Source: Planctomycetia bacterium
Lineage (GTDB): Bacteria > Planctomycetota > Planctomycetia > Pirellulales > Thermoguttaceae
NCBI GenBank assembly: GCA_030527105.1
Contig: JAUNBK010000002.1
Location: forward strand, 44,215-108,214
DNA: 64,000 nt
Reading direction: 5' to 3'
The position numbers and the translations under genes were made by a program. Shown piece after piece: positions 17,580-28,697 of the stretch. The notes under the pieces are model-generated. The model was not told the origin of the DNA and made no database searches. It worked only from the letters and a program-made list of their open reading frames with translations. Positions within the stretch are counted from its first letter, which is position 1; each line of letters opens with the position of its first letter.

Positions 17580-19025
17580 ATGCGTTTTGATTTTTGCATT
17601 CGCGCACTCATCTTGTCGGTTTTGTCGTTTGGTTTGCTCTGCTCGAACTACGTTTATTCTCAGGGCACGCTCGTTGTGCCCTTTGGTCCATCGCGAGAGT
17701 TGGACCCGGCGCACGCGCCAAAGAATTTCCCCTATAAGGAGAACTACGTGATGCTTCCGCTCACGTCTGGGACCGTGATTCAGGGGGGCGGAGGGCAGCG
17801 AATTATCGTGAATAAGCCCGTGCAGCTGCATTCGCGCCGACCGACCGTGATTCCGCTCAACAATGGAGGTCTCACGGTTTCTCCCACCCCGGTTGTGCCT
17901 CGAGGATTTAACGGAGGGCAGCCGTCCGCTTATGGTGCCCCGTGTGGAACCACCCCGTGTGCCCCCCACTCGAGCAGGGTTTATGCCGCGCCACGGACGT
18001 TCGCGCCCTCCGTATCCTCTGCGCCACGAGCGACACAACCATCAACCATGCACTCCGGCGCGCCTTCCGTGCCTTCGCCCGCGCCAACGACGGCGTCTCC
18101 CTACGCACGTCAAATGGAGGGGACTCAGCAGCCACAAAATCCCTACACGACCTCGCCACTCCCCGCGCCAACGCAAGTCCCTACGGATGCCGTCCCGCCG
18201 GGATATGCCCCGACTCCTGCGCCAAGTGTGGTTCCGCCCTCTTCGTACACTCCCGTACCAAGTTCGGATTATTCGGAGACGCCAGACACACTATCCCACA
18301 GCGTTGTGCAAAATTCTCCCTCGCCATCAATTGATCCGCCGGTCGCCCCCCCAACAACCGAGACTCCAGCAGATAGTCCAGAAGCCAGCGCGTGGCTGCC
18401 TGGTGAGCAAATAGTCGAGAGCGGTGGTGCCCCCCCACGTGCGGCAATTCTGCCAGAGCAGTCGCGGATGCTCCCATCAAATGGCGATTCATATTCCAAC
18501 GAACCCTACCCTTATGTTGTAGAGCCGAATCCTCTCGAAACGGCAGACCCTTCCCGTGAGAATGAGCCGCAGGACATGCAGTACCCACAGGACACACACG
18601 ACGCCTCCGGGTCGCCCATGATTGGAAGCAAAACGAGAAGGACGGCGCGAGTTTCTGAGGCACCCATCGAAAATAAAAGGGGCGGCACGTCTCTCCCCAC
18701 TCAAACGGAGGGCGAGTTGTTGTCGCCCGATTCCTCCCAACAAGTGCAAGAAAGTGGCGCAGAGACACCCGGATCGACCGAGGTGCAGAGGTCGTCGCCC
18801 CCTAAAAGCAGGTGGGAAGCGTATCGGAACCAAGATTTGCTCGAGGTGGAAATTCCCTCGTCGCGCAGCTCGACAACCCGCAGGAGGCAAGGCGTTTCTA
18901 CTCCGCCCGCCTCCCGCACGCAGGGTCTTCCCGCGTCGCAGCCACGACGTTCATACCCCAGCCAACTCCCTGCCCCGGAGGAGGCGTTCCGAGGCAGAAC
19001 GAGCGCCCCGGGTTTGTCGATTTGA
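17580..19025 (+). CDS. Secreted Pro/Ser/Thr-rich low-complexity protein
   Basis: The start was moved to MRFDFCIRALILSVLSFGLLCSNYVYSQG (RBS GGGAGG). The remainder is P/S/T/A-rich and I recognise no domain. Confidence 0.55.
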   Translation: MRFDFCIRALILSVLSFGLLCSNYVYSQGTLVVPFGPSRELDPAHAPKNFPYKENYVMLPLTSGTVIQGGGGQRIIVNKPVQLHSRRPTVIPLNNGGLTVSPTPVVPRGFNGGQPSAYGAPCGTTPCAPHSSRVYAAPRTFAPSVSSAPRATQPSTMHSGAPSVPSPAPTTASPYARQMEGTQQPQNPYTTSPLPAPTQVPTDAVPPGYAPTPAPSVVPPSSYTPVPSSDYSETPDTLSHSVVQNSPSPSIDPPVAPPTTETPADSPEASAWLPGEQIVESGGAPPRAAILPEQSRMLPSNGDSYSNEPYPYVVEPNPLETADPSRENEPQDMQYPQDTHDASGSPMIGSKTRRTARVSEAPIENKRGGTSLPTQTEGELLSPDSSQQVQESGAETPGSTEVQRSSPPKSRWEAYRNQDLLEVEIPSSRSSTTRRRQGVSTPPASRTQGLPASQPRRSYPSQLPAPEEAFRGRTSAPGLSI

Positions 19026-19043
19026 GTTGTGCCGACTCGAATT

Positions 19044-22000
19044 TTACTCCGTGAGCGTTAGAATTCCGAACGACGTTGGACTCCAAGCGGGGTACAATCC
19101 CTCGCCCCAGAGCACAAACGCCTCAGGTGTCGCGGACGGCGTCGTGTCGTCGCAATCAGCAAGCCTCAACGAAAGACCAATTTTGGTTCCCACAAGACCC
19201 TTCAAATCGCCCAACTCGCTCCACGGAATCGCGACTTCGTACGTCGTTCGGCTCCCTTCGCGCTTCACGACGATATCGTACACGGACGAATCCTTCGCGA
19301 GCGACCCACTCTTCAACCCGCCAGAGTATTGGTCGGGTCGATAAATCGTATGCTTCCCACTGCCGCCGGGGGGAGTGGAACTCAGGTCGAGGCAAAACGC
19401 GCGTGCGTCCTCCCCAGGGAGTCGATTCATCGGATGAATCGCGATGCGCACCGAGTCGTTGAGCGCGCACTCCGCCTCCCGCCGCGTCGCGACGTGCCGA
19501 TCGTCGAGCACCTCCATCGCGAAGTAGAGATTCTCTTCATCGTAATTTATCCAAGCGACCGCACTGCAATTTTTCGGCGACCAAATGTAGGAATCCTTCT
19601 GCGCGCGAACTTGATCACGCCCAATGAGAGGAATCGGAGCGGATTGTTTGAAGTCGTCGACCACGCCGTCGATTTTGATTTTCTCCGCCTTCGGCGCGAA
19701 CGCCGCGAACTCCGTTCCCTCGTAGGGCACAAGCTGCGCGTTGTCGATCATAGTCCAACCTTTTCCCTGGCAGACTGGCGCCGCCGTCACGCTTTTCGTC
19801 CCGGGCGGAAGCTCCAGCCGCTTGCGAAACACTTGCCACGTCGGCTGCGTCGCGGGAGCTTGAAAAACCTGGAGCCAGTGCCGATTCCATGAGGTTCCGT
19901 CTTCCGTGGAGCCGCCGAAATTGGAGCCGGTCGCCAAATCGTCGGAACGAATCCAGAAACTATAAACGTACTCTCCGCCAGAAGTTGGGAGTTTCGGGAC
20001 ATTTTGGAAGATACTGAAGTATTTTCCCCCCGTATTTTCGAAACGATAGACGAAATTCTCGTGTCCGAGCGCGTCTGCGTCGTTGAAGGGGACGCGTTTT
20101 CCCTGACGTCCGGAGCCGCCCCACTGCGCCGCAGCGTCTGGCGATCGGTCGTCAAGCTCGAAACCCGCATTGTGGAGCAAATTGCCAATCTCGCCCGACT
20201 CCACGGCGCGGAGGACGATTTTGCGAGAAAGCGTCGGCAGGGTCGAGTCCTCAAATTGCAGCGTGAGTGTCGTCGTTGCGGTTCCGACACGAATATTTTC
20301 GACCTTCATGACGACAGAACGCTCTTCCCCCGGCGCGAGATTTTTGAACGCGAGCGCGGCGGTCTCGCCCGGCACGCTTTTGGCGTCGAGCCGCACCACA
20401 CCACTCAGAGGACGCGCGAGGCGATTCACGAGGCGCAGCGGAATGTCGAGCGTCTGCCCCTTCACGCCAGAAAAAGTCGGCGTCCCGGATGCGGAACCCG
20501 AAAAAGAGAGCGCAAGATACGCCTTCAAAATGTTGGAGTCTCCTCCTTCGATGAGCGCGGCGTTCTCGTTGAGTGCGAGCGAAATAGTTCCTTTGTGAGG
20601 AATCTCCGTCCGATTCCCTTGCTGGTCGATTTGGAACACTTTCTTGTTCCCTACAGCAAGACGAATCGTCTCGCCCCCCTTCTCGATCGTGGAGACGACC
20701 ATAATCGGCGGGCGTCCGGGGCGTTCGAAGAGCTTAATCGCGCCATTTTTCCCGATCGAAAATTCTCCCACCGGCGTTGCGTCACACAACGCGTGGACGA
20801 GCACCGCAAGCGTCGCGGCAGAAGGACGCGGACTCATGTCGCTCCAAAAATGGCTCCAATCCCCCGCCGGACTTGCTTCTCCGCCGAAAAGGACGATTTT
20901 TTTGCAGCCCGCCATGAGTTCATCCGGGAATCGACTGAGGAAATAATCGCTTTGCGCCGTTTCTCTCATTGCCTCCTCGAGCGGCATCCCCCACGTGGAG
21001 GTTCCGAGAGCGGTCTCATTGTCCCAAATTTCGATTCGCTTGTCGGCACCAACGGTCGCAATGTCGCGCAACGCGCCTCGAACCGCGCCAGCAGTACCAT
21101 AGTGGATCGACAAAATATCGTTCGAATCCAACACACCCGCCGCGATCAAACTCTGGCGGAACGATTGTGGCCAAAGTCCTCCTGCGATTTGATTTTTGAA
21201 CTTGGGATTAATCTTTTTCGAGGCGGCATCCGCGACGCGACAAAAGCGAACATAATCCTCAACCGGATTCTCGCAGACGCTCCCGGGAACGATTTCGTTC
21301 TGCCACTCAAATCCAATGATGTCGTTTTTGAATTCGCGGGCGAGGCGAGTGACGATTCGCGCCACGTCCTCATCGCGGAGGGGGAGCGCCGTGAATTGCC
21401 CACCGTAGCTATCGTCCTTCGTGATCGCCCACGCCGGGGCGCCATCGAACAAAATCCACGGACGGATTTGGTTTTGATTGAGGGAATCAATCTGCCTTCT
21501 CAATTCTTGCCACGCACTTTTTGGATAAACGCCAGGCGCAGGCTCCAAATTCTTCCAATTCACCCAAACGCGGCAGACGCTCATTCCCAAGAGACGCGCA
21601 GCCTGCGCCGCTTCCTCGTTGCCTGCGAATTTTTGTCCACCAAAAGGCGTGGGGCCATTCCCCACAATCGCTTTGATGTTCGGAATGCGGGCAAACGTAA
21701 TTTCGCGCGTCTCTTTCCCCGGCAGCTCGACGCGAAGCAAAAAGGTGCCATTTTCACCAATATCCATCGGCAACTTCAAAACGCCACCCTTTTTCGGCGG
21801 AAAGAGAGCTTCTCCCGACAAAACGACTTTCCCCTGCGTGTTGGAGACGCGCCACCGAAGCGCGGCAGGGTCGAGAGATTTCGACTTTTCGCCAGGAATC
21901 ACCAACATTTCGACCTTTTGATCGTAGGTGAAAAGATTTCCGGGCGTGGGGGCGTCCAACTCAAAAAAACCACCATCACGCGAAAAGTTGGGGAGCGACT

Positions 22001-22868
22001 TCCGCATTTGCCACGGCCAGAATTTTTTGTCCAACCCCTTAAATTGTGCAATCAAAAGGAGACTGTCGCCCATTTTCCCCTTCTCGGGAGCCGCATCCGT
22101 ATACGCTTTGGGAAGCGTGAACGTCCAACTCGTTTCGACTCTCTTGCCAATTTCGCATTCGATATCCGGCACGCCGCAGCGAGAGGGCTTGTGCTCGCGT
22201 TTTTTCGTGTACTTCCCATCTGGGCAATCGACCCAAGGTCCCACAATCCAGAGGGAGAGTTTCGTTCCGCCCCAGTCGTCCGTCGGATCGACATAATACG
22301 CAACCGGGACGACGATTTTCTCGCCGCTCTTCCACACAGGCGCGCCGCCCTCGGCATTTCGTGGAGTTCCGTAGCTGATCCAGCTTTTCTTGAAAGAGAC
22401 CGATTCAGGTCGAATCGTTTTGCGCACCTCATCCGTCATTAAAGGGAGAATCACGGGACCAAACGCCTTTTTTTCGGCTTCATTCCACCCCTTTTTCGTC
22501 AAAAAATAGATTGGCTGCACACCACGATCGTCCGCGATATAATCCGGCATCCGATACTTAAAAACGAGCGTTTCGCCATTTTTCGCAGGTTTGAGTTCCC
22601 CTCCCCACGCCGCGAAGCCCAAATAGGTACCAACTTTTGCGTGATGAAGGTCGCCGCCGATTTTCAATCCGTTGCTGACGTCCTTGAGCGTGACTTTCAC
22701 TTCGAATCTTTCGCCCGGAATCGCACGCTCGGGGTACGAGATCGAACACCAGTCGCAATCGAGGTTTTTCTCCTGCGCGTGAGACGCCAAGCACGTCAAA
22801 AGCGCAAGAAGGAGCGTCAACCCAAATACGCTTCGTTTTTTGAGAATTATTTTCTTTTTCATGTTCAT
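19044..22868 (-). CDS. Large secreted glycoside-hydrolase-like protein (TIM-barrel GH-like core plus CBM4/9-type and CBM9/DOMON-like C-terminal modules)
   Basis: 1274 aa with a signal peptide. VWVNWKNLEPAPGVY and FEWQNE blocks are typical of clan GH-A enzymes. C-terminal DGVVDDF...AWINYDEENLYFAMEVLDD is CBM9-like. Confidence 0.6.
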   Translation of the reverse strand: MNMKKKIILKKRSVFGLTLLLALLTCLASHAQEKNLDCDWCSISYPERAIPGERFEVKVTLKDVSNGLKIGGDLHHAKVGTYLGFAAWGGELKPAKNGETLVFKYRMPDYIADDRGVQPIYFLTKKGWNEAEKKAFGPVILPLMTDEVRKTIRPESVSFKKSWISYGTPRNAEGGAPVWKSGEKIVVPVAYYVDPTDDWGGTKLSLWIVGPWVDCPDGKYTKKREHKPSRCGVPDIECEIGKRVETSWTFTLPKAYTDAAPEKGKMGDSLLLIAQFKGLDKKFWPWQMRKSLPNFSRDGGFFELDAPTPGNLFTYDQKVEMLVIPGEKSKSLDPAALRWRVSNTQGKVVLSGEALFPPKKGGVLKLPMDIGENGTFLLRVELPGKETREITFARIPNIKAIVGNGPTPFGGQKFAGNEEAAQAARLLGMSVCRVWVNWKNLEPAPGVYPKSAWQELRRQIDSLNQNQIRPWILFDGAPAWAITKDDSYGGQFTALPLRDEDVARIVTRLAREFKNDIIGFEWQNEIVPGSVCENPVEDYVRFCRVADAASKKINPKFKNQIAGGLWPQSFRQSLIAAGVLDSNDILSIHYGTAGAVRGALRDIATVGADKRIEIWDNETALGTSTWGMPLEEAMRETAQSDYFLSRFPDELMAGCKKIVLFGGEASPAGDWSHFWSDMSPRPSAATLAVLVHALCDATPVGEFSIGKNGAIKLFERPGRPPIMVVSTIEKGGETIRLAVGNKKVFQIDQQGNRTEIPHKGTISLALNENAALIEGGDSNILKAYLALSFSGSASGTPTFSGVKGQTLDIPLRLVNRLARPLSGVVRLDAKSVPGETAALAFKNLAPGEERSVVMKVENIRVGTATTTLTLQFEDSTLPTLSRKIVLRAVESGEIGNLLHNAGFELDDRSPDAAAQWGGSGRQGKRVPFNDADALGHENFVYRFENTGGKYFSIFQNVPKLPTSGGEYVYSFWIRSDDLATGSNFGGSTEDGTSWNRHWLQVFQAPATQPTWQVFRKRLELPPGTKSVTAAPVCQGKGWTMIDNAQLVPYEGTEFAAFAPKAEKIKIDGVVDDFKQSAPIPLIGRDQVRAQKDSYIWSPKNCSAVAWINYDEENLYFAMEVLDDRHVATRREAECALNDSVRIAIHPMNRLPGEDARAFCLDLSSTPPGGSGKHTIYRPDQYSGGLKSGSLAKDSSVYDIVVKREGSRTTYEVAIPWSELGDLKGLVGTKIGLSLRLADCDDTTPSATPEAFVLWGEGLYPAWSPTSFGILTLTE

Positions 22869-23059
22869 TTTTCCTTGGATCGTTCCATTTTCTACTCAAC
22901 AACAAAACTCAGTTTTTTTCTCATCAAGAGTCTATGCTCAAATATACCTCTTTCGGCATGCGATAACAAGGGGTGGAACCGAAACATGTTGTCATTTTTT
23001 GCGAAATTTTATTGTGCCGCCTGATATTGTGTGGTATGATGTTCCCTTTTGGCTTTATA

Positions 23060-23120
23060 GGAGCGATGCACCAGCGTTCGCAAAGCGTTTCGAAAACGAG
23101 AATTTTAACGTGTTATGGGA
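23060..23120 (+). repeat. Family-A element, partial/degenerate copy
   Basis: GGAGCGATGCACCAGCGTTCGCAAAGCGTTTCGAAAACGAGAATTTTAACG matches the right half of the family-A consensus. Confidence 0.5.
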
Positions 23121-23399
23121 TAAAATGGGGAGTTTCTGCCTTGCGTACATTCGATAATCTTTCCAATCCACTTTGTATGCGGAAATTGCTATTTGCAAGT
23201 CTGCAAAAGATATAGAAACTTTTCGGGATGATAGTCGAAACAAAAAATATATTTATTCTTAAATTTTCGTTTTTTTGCGAAAAAAGCGCTCTTTCACCAT
23301 AGACGAAAACGGGATAACGTGGTATATTACGGGAGAACATGTCTTTGGACAATCCATAGCGACAAGGAGAAGTCTTTCATCCTGAAGACGACGTATATC

Positions 23400-26162
23400 A
23401 TGAAAAAAACATTTTACGAAAAGTACGCATTAATCATTTTGATGGTGATGACGTTCCTTCTTCCGATTATCGGAGTAGGGGTGAAACGGACGCTCGAAAG
23501 CGTGCGGAACAACATCAAAGAGTGGCTACCCGACGGCACGCCGGACACGGATTTGCATCGCTGGTTCCAATCGAATTTTCCGATGGAACAGTTCGTTCTC
23601 ATGAGTTGGGAAGATTGCGTCTTGGACGATCCGCGTTTGGACGTTATGAAGCATCGACTCATCCCTGAGCGCGATCCGCAGACGCAGAAGGTCTCCACAG
23701 CAGATTGGAATTTGCGCTATTTTGAGAAATTCCGTTCCGGGACGGACCTTGTGGACGAGCTTGTGGAGCAATACGATTCCGTGCCGGAGGAACTTCAACT
23801 CACACGCGAAGATGCAATCGATCGGCTCAAAGGTTCGCTCATAGGAATGAACAAACGCCAGACGAGCGCCATGATCTATCTAATTCCGGGAAGCGAGGGA
23901 GAGAACCTGCGTGGATCGATTGGAGAAATCTATCGCTTGGCACGAAAACCGTTCATCTTCAAGAAGTCCGAACTGACGGAAGCGCAGAAACAGGTGTGCG
24001 AAACCGTCCTTGCCAAGCAAGCGGAACTTCCACCAAACACGCAGCCGGAGCCGCCTAATTTTCTGGAGAAAAAACTTGCTGGACTTCCGATGCCGGAACA
24101 TTTGACACCCGCCGAGAAAGAGTATCAAGCGCCGAATGCGAACAAGGAGGATTTCTACGTCTTGCCGGGGCTTCAACCCTCGCAGCTTCATCTCGGTGGT
24201 CCGCCTGTCGACAATGTGGCGATTGACGTCGAGGGGAATCGCACCCTCATTCGGCTTGCGTGGCTTGCCGCGATCGTTGGTTTTGTCGTTGCGAGTCTTT
24301 GTTTACGGAGTGTTCGACTCGTCCTCATTGTTTTTTGCTCAGCACTGTTTTCCACCGGGCTGGCGACTGCCTTCGTCAATCTAACGGGGTCGGAAGCCGA
24401 CGCGATCATGCTCTCGATGCCGCCGCTTGTCTACGTGCTCACGATGTCGAGCGCGATCCACTTCATCAATTATTATCACGATGCGCTCGAGGAAGAGGGT
24501 GGCGTCCGTGGCGCACCAGAACGTGCCGTGAAACACGCGTTCGTTCCCGTTTTGGTCTCCGCGACCACCACCGCGCTGGGGTTGCTCTCGCTCATGACAA
24601 GCAACCTTGGCCCGATCTACAATTTCGGGTTGTATTCCGCGATTGGGGTACTCGTCTCCGTTTTGATAGTGCTTTTGTATATTCCATCCGTGCTTCAATT
24701 ATTCCCGTCGCACCGCTACGCAGACAAATTGGCGGAGGAGGACATTGGCGTCAAACTGGAGCGCAAAGACGTTATTGGCAAACAATGGCAGACGCTTGGT
24801 TCCTTTATTATTTATCATCCGTATTTGGTTCTCGTCACGTGTTCTGCCATTTTGTTCCTTGGTTTTGCTGGTCTTCCTCGGCTGGTTCCGTCCGTGAAAT
24901 TGATGAAATTTTTCAAAGAAGACACGACTATCATTCGAGATTACACTTGGCTTGAGCAAAACTTGGGGCAACTGGTTCCCATGGAGGTGCTTATTGAGTT
25001 CGATAACGAGGTCAATCAGGAATCCTTTGTGGATCGAATGCGGCTGATTCAAAAGGTTGCCGACGCGTCGCGAGAATTGAAAGAGGTGGGAGGAGTGCTC
25101 TCCATTGCCACGATTGCTCCAAAGTTGGATGCGATTGAGGACAAAGGGACGGCGGCGCGCACCATCATGCAGCAGCTCACGAAAAACTACGGCAGCATGA
25201 GTGAGTTCGTCACGCAAGACATTGCCGCAGCGGGAAAGAAATTCCAAGCGCGTGCCAAAGAGAACGGAACGTACGAAAGTCCCAAACTGGAGGATATGGG
25301 TTTGGAGGGAGACCTCGTGAAACACCTCCATTCTTGCGGAATAAACAACCTCGAAACGCTCGACGCGAAACTTCCCCGGGCGATTGAGGAGGGAAAAGTC
25401 TCCAAGGAGCAGGAGCAGACCATTTATGATGTCGTTCACAAGTGGCAGATCGACCACGGCAACGAGTTGTTCCGCGTGACGAGTCGAGTCGAAGCGCTTT
25501 CGGACGTGGATTATGGCGATTTCGTGGAGGATTTGCGCCGATCGATTGATCCCGTCATTGAGGAGCACATCAAGCAGCCTGGCTGCGCGGGCGTGAAGGC
25601 GATTTATACCGGTTCCGTCCCGCTCGTCTACAAAACGCAGCACGAGCTTATGCACAGCCTGTATTGGAGCATTCTCATGGCGTTCGTCACGATTTCTATC
25701 GTCATGATGATCATGCTGAGGAACTTCGTCGGCGGTCTGTTTTCGATGATTCCGAACATTTTCCCCATTGCGGTGGTCTTCGGCGCGATGGGGTGGTTGG
25801 GTATCAAATGCGACTTGGGCGCAATGATGACGGCGAGTGTTGCGCTAGGTATCGCCACTGACGACACGATCCACTACCTGACGTGGTATCGTCGTGCGCT
25901 CGACGAGGGTCTGCACCACCACAAGGCGGCGCTTTCGGCGTATCGGCGTTGCGCAACCGCTATGACTCAAACGACGTTCATTTCTGCGTTGGGACTCTCC
26001 GTCTTTTCCTTTAGCACTTTCACTCCCACGCTTGCTTTTGGGTTGATGATGTTGGTTTTGATGTTCATGGCCCTCTTTGGTGATATGATTTTCCTGCCCG
26101 CAATTCTTATCGCGAGTGGAGGACGTGTTTTCTCCAAGGGACAAACCGTGACGCAAGATTAG
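23400..26162 (+). CDS. RND-superfamily (MMPL/HpnN-like) membrane exporter
   Basis: About 920 aa from MKKTFYEKYALIILMV. It has two blocks of about 5-6 TM helices, each preceded by a large soluble loop, and a duplicated GxxxD-type TM motif (GIATDDTIHY). Confidence 0.7.
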   Translation: MKKTFYEKYALIILMVMTFLLPIIGVGVKRTLESVRNNIKEWLPDGTPDTDLHRWFQSNFPMEQFVLMSWEDCVLDDPRLDVMKHRLIPERDPQTQKVSTADWNLRYFEKFRSGTDLVDELVEQYDSVPEELQLTREDAIDRLKGSLIGMNKRQTSAMIYLIPGSEGENLRGSIGEIYRLARKPFIFKKSELTEAQKQVCETVLAKQAELPPNTQPEPPNFLEKKLAGLPMPEHLTPAEKEYQAPNANKEDFYVLPGLQPSQLHLGGPPVDNVAIDVEGNRTLIRLAWLAAIVGFVVASLCLRSVRLVLIVFCSALFSTGLATAFVNLTGSEADAIMLSMPPLVYVLTMSSAIHFINYYHDALEEEGGVRGAPERAVKHAFVPVLVSATTTALGLLSLMTSNLGPIYNFGLYSAIGVLVSVLIVLLYIPSVLQLFPSHRYADKLAEEDIGVKLERKDVIGKQWQTLGSFIIYHPYLVLVTCSAILFLGFAGLPRLVPSVKLMKFFKEDTTIIRDYTWLEQNLGQLVPMEVLIEFDNEVNQESFVDRMRLIQKVADASRELKEVGGVLSIATIAPKLDAIEDKGTAARTIMQQLTKNYGSMSEFVTQDIAAAGKKFQARAKENGTYESPKLEDMGLEGDLVKHLHSCGINNLETLDAKLPRAIEEGKVSKEQEQTIYDVVHKWQIDHGNELFRVTSRVEALSDVDYGDFVEDLRRSIDPVIEEHIKQPGCAGVKAIYTGSVPLVYKTQHELMHSLYWSILMAFVTISIVMMIMLRNFVGGLFSMIPNIFPIAVVFGAMGWLGIKCDLGAMMTASVALGIATDDTIHYLTWYRRALDEGLHHHKAALSAYRRCATAMTQTTFISALGLSVFSFSTFTPTLAFGLMMLVLMFMALFGDMIFLPAILIASGGRVFSKGQTVTQD

Positions 26163-26359
26163 AGCGTCAAAGCGAAAAGACGCAGATTCTTCAAAAAAGA
26201 GCTACTGCCATCCTTTGGACTCCCTATAAGTTGGAGTCCGAGGGTGGTAGCTCGCGCAAAATGCCACCAAATCTCGCCTTTTATCCACCCTCTTCCTCTC
26301 TTTCTCAATCGCGCAGTACAAACGGGTGAGCCTCTGCGCACGTCCCTCTGGGGTGTTTT

Positions 26360-26456
26360 TATACGCGTTCTCATTTGAATTTCCGTTTTGTGCGGTTCTG
26401 ATGCAGGCATTTTCAGCGAAGCAAAAATGCCGGTGAAGCGGAATTTTATAGTGCAT
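26360..26456 (-). repeat. Family-A element, diverged, with a replaced core (hairpin GGCATTTT...AAAATGCC)
   Basis: The ends match the family (TATACGCGTTCTCATTTGAATTTCCGTTTTGTGCGG ... GGAATTTTATAGTGCAT). Confidence 0.55.
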
Positions 26457-26464
26457 CGGGTATA

Positions 26465-26572
26465 TATAATACTTCGCGTTGAAATTTCCCGTTCCGTCCG
26501 CTGTTGGAGCTACGCACCACGGCTCGCGAAGCATCGCGTAAAATGGGAATTTTAAGGGAGAACGAGTATATA
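26465..26572 (+). repeat. Family-A element
   Basis: Near-consensus copy, head-to-head with 26360-26456. Confidence 0.9.
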
Positions 26573-26590
26573 CACTTTTCTTGTGTACCC

Positions 26591-26650
26591 GTACTCATTC
26601 TCCATTCAATTTCGGTTTTTACGAAGTCCCGCGCAGGGGTCGGGCAAGAA
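26591..26650 (-). repeat. Family-A element, partial
   Basis: GTACTCATTCTCCATTCAATTTCGGTTTTTACGAAGTCCCGCGCAGG matches the left part only. Confidence 0.5.
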
Positions 26651-26782
26651 TCTTCTGTTTTTTTGGAAAAATCGTTAAATTTGCCCAATTCGTGTTAATG
26701 ATTACACTCAAACTGGTCGATATAACTAGTACTTGCGATATAGCTCATGGTTAGGAGCAACGTTCAAGGAGGAGTATTTGAA

Positions 26783-27001
26783 ATGCGCAAAGTATTGATT
26801 GCTATCGTTTTATCATTGTTTGTTTTTCAGTCGACGGGCTGTCTTATTCCGCTTTATGATGGGGATACGACGCGACGCACTCAGCAGCAGCTGAACACAT
26901 CCGAAAACCTTCGATTAATTCGCGACGACTGGGAGCGTTTTTGGTTTTTGGATCAGCCGAGTCATGGTACGCCGTGGCGAAATCATGGTGGAATGATTTA
27001 A
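26783..27001 (+). CDS. Small lipoprotein (lipobox STGC)
   Basis: The start was moved to MRKVLIAIVLSLFVFQSTGC, which has a strong AGGAGG RBS. 72 aa. Confidence 0.55.
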   Translation: MRKVLIAIVLSLFVFQSTGCLIPLYDGDTTRRTQQQLNTSENLRLIRDDWERFWFLDQPSHGTPWRNHGGMI

Positions 27002-27531
27002 AGCAAACGGTGGTTATTTTGTCACCACATTGTGTGAGAGTTCATCGAATCGTTCGTTGTTGAAGTCTCACTCCTTGGCTCGCGGGAAGCCTTCGTGCCA
27101 AGGTTTTGGGGGATGATGAGTGTATACTGCTGCACAAGTAGTGTGAATCGACGGGAAGATCGTTCTTATCCACGGATGGAGGGCGAGCGTTTGCGAGTGT
27201 GTTTTCGTGAGAAGCGGAGCGTTGCGAAGGGATTATCGCGCCTCTCATTTCTGGCGGGGACATGTGAGCGTTCGAAATGGAATGGTTTTTCTAGTTCCGG
27301 TCGAAGCGTGCTGCGATATGAGCCAGCGTATGCTCCGGGGTAATGTAGTGGAGTTCGTGGACAACACAGAGTGAGGATGTTGTGCATTGCTCCTCCTATG
27401 CGCGAATTTTCTCGCCGGGGTCCATTGAAACACAGAATAATCCGGAGTAAAATTAGGGGGGCATGTCTGCTGGCGTGCTCTCCTTTTTTGTTTTTTGCCC
27501 GCGTATTTTTACGCAGTCCTAGGATCAACTT

Positions 27532-28461
27532 ATGAACGATATCTCACTTTTGGTGACGATTGGGAAAACGACCTTTGCGAATCCCGTTTTCGTCGCCTCT
27601 GGAACATTTGGTTACGCCAAAAACGTCGAAAATATTGTCTCGGAATCCACCAATTATTCTCTCTCTGAGTTGGGCGGAATCCTCCCCAAAACCATCACCA
27701 TGCTTCCGCGCGAAGGGAATCCGCCGCCACGCACTTGCGAGACCCCCGCGGGGCTTCTCAACGCGATCGGGCTGGACAACGATGGTTTGGAAGAATTCAT
27801 CGCCGAAAAAATGCCCTACCTAAAAACGACCGGAACGAAAATCATCGTTTCTATCGCGGGAAGATCTTCCGAGGAGTACGCCGAGATGGCGCGCCGTCTG
27901 AGCGATGTGGAGGGTGTTGATGCCTTGGAGCTTAATATTTCGTGTCCCAACGTCGCGCATGGCACCGATTTCGGGAAGAACCCTGAGGCGTGCGAGAATC
28001 TCGTCCGAGGCGTGCGAAACGCGACTCCCCTCACGATGTTCGTCAAATTGACGCCCAACGTCGGCGACATTGTTTCCATTGCCAAGGCGGCGGAGCAGGG
28101 TGGGGCGGATGCCGTCTCGCTTATCAATACCCTCTTGGGAATGGCGGTTGATTGGCGTCGGCGCGCTCCTCGACTCGGAAATCGAATGGGAGGATTGAGC
28201 GGTCCCGCCATTAAACCCGTGGCGCTGCGCATGGTGTATCAAGTCGCGAACGCGGTGGAAATTCCGGTCGTGGGAATCGGTGGAATCGAAACCATCGACG
28301 ACTGCATGGAGTTTCTCGTGAGTGGCGCGACTGCCGTTCAGGTCGGGACGGCAAGTTTTTATCACCCCGCAGCCGCGCAAAAAATTGTCCGCGCGCTCCC
28401 CGACGCGATTCGATCCTTGGGCGCTCCGGACGTGCGACAAATCATCCGATCGCTCCAATAA
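27532..28461 (+). CDS. pyrD: Dihydroorotate dehydrogenase, class 1 catalytic subunit
   Basis: 309 aa with ASGTFGY, ELNISCPN, GGLSG and IGVGGI motifs. Confidence 0.9.
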   Translation: MNDISLLVTIGKTTFANPVFVASGTFGYAKNVENIVSESTNYSLSELGGILPKTITMLPREGNPPPRTCETPAGLLNAIGLDNDGLEEFIAEKMPYLKTTGTKIIVSIAGRSSEEYAEMARRLSDVEGVDALELNISCPNVAHGTDFGKNPEACENLVRGVRNATPLTMFVKLTPNVGDIVSIAKAAEQGGADAVSLINTLLGMAVDWRRRAPRLGNRMGGLSGPAIKPVALRMVYQVANAVEIPVVGIGGIETIDDCMEFLVSGATAVQVGTASFYHPAAAQKIVRALPDAIRSLGAPDVRQIIRSLQ

Positions 28462-28591
28462 GTCCAAGATTCCACCATAATCGTTCCGCAATTCGTTCAA
28501 CGATTCGGGTCAAAAAAGCTAACGGAATTGCAAAATTGGAACGATATACCAAAGAAATATAAAAAAAAGCACAAAGCACGGGGTGTTAATA

Positions 28592-28620
28592 TTGACGTAT
28601 CCTGCGCATTGTGTTAAAAT
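28592..28620 (+). promoter_or_regulatory. Sigma70-like promoter upstream of etfB
   Basis: TTGACG (28592-28597), a 17-nt spacer, then TAAAAT (28615-28620). Confidence 0.4.
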
Positions 28621-28697
28621 TGCGTATCGTGTTGTGTGAGAATAGAGTCCATAGAAGGGATTCTGCTGAAAGAAAAAAAGAAATGGAGTGAAATTCC

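Noticed and set aside
20004-22442. Long antisense ORFs opposite recognised genes: 20004..22442, 2273..3790, 11043..12647, 47075..48268, 24699..25655, 28704..29810, 15386..16189, 44200..45546
   Set aside because: They fully overlap genes with clear family motifs on the other strand. They are Arg/Leu/His-rich shadow frames with no recognisable motifs or RBS.
27160-27175. TTATCCACG (a one-mismatch DnaA box) in the pyrD upstream spacer as an origin signal
   Set aside because: It is a single imperfect box with no cluster, no AT-rich unwinding element and no dnaA/dnaN context.
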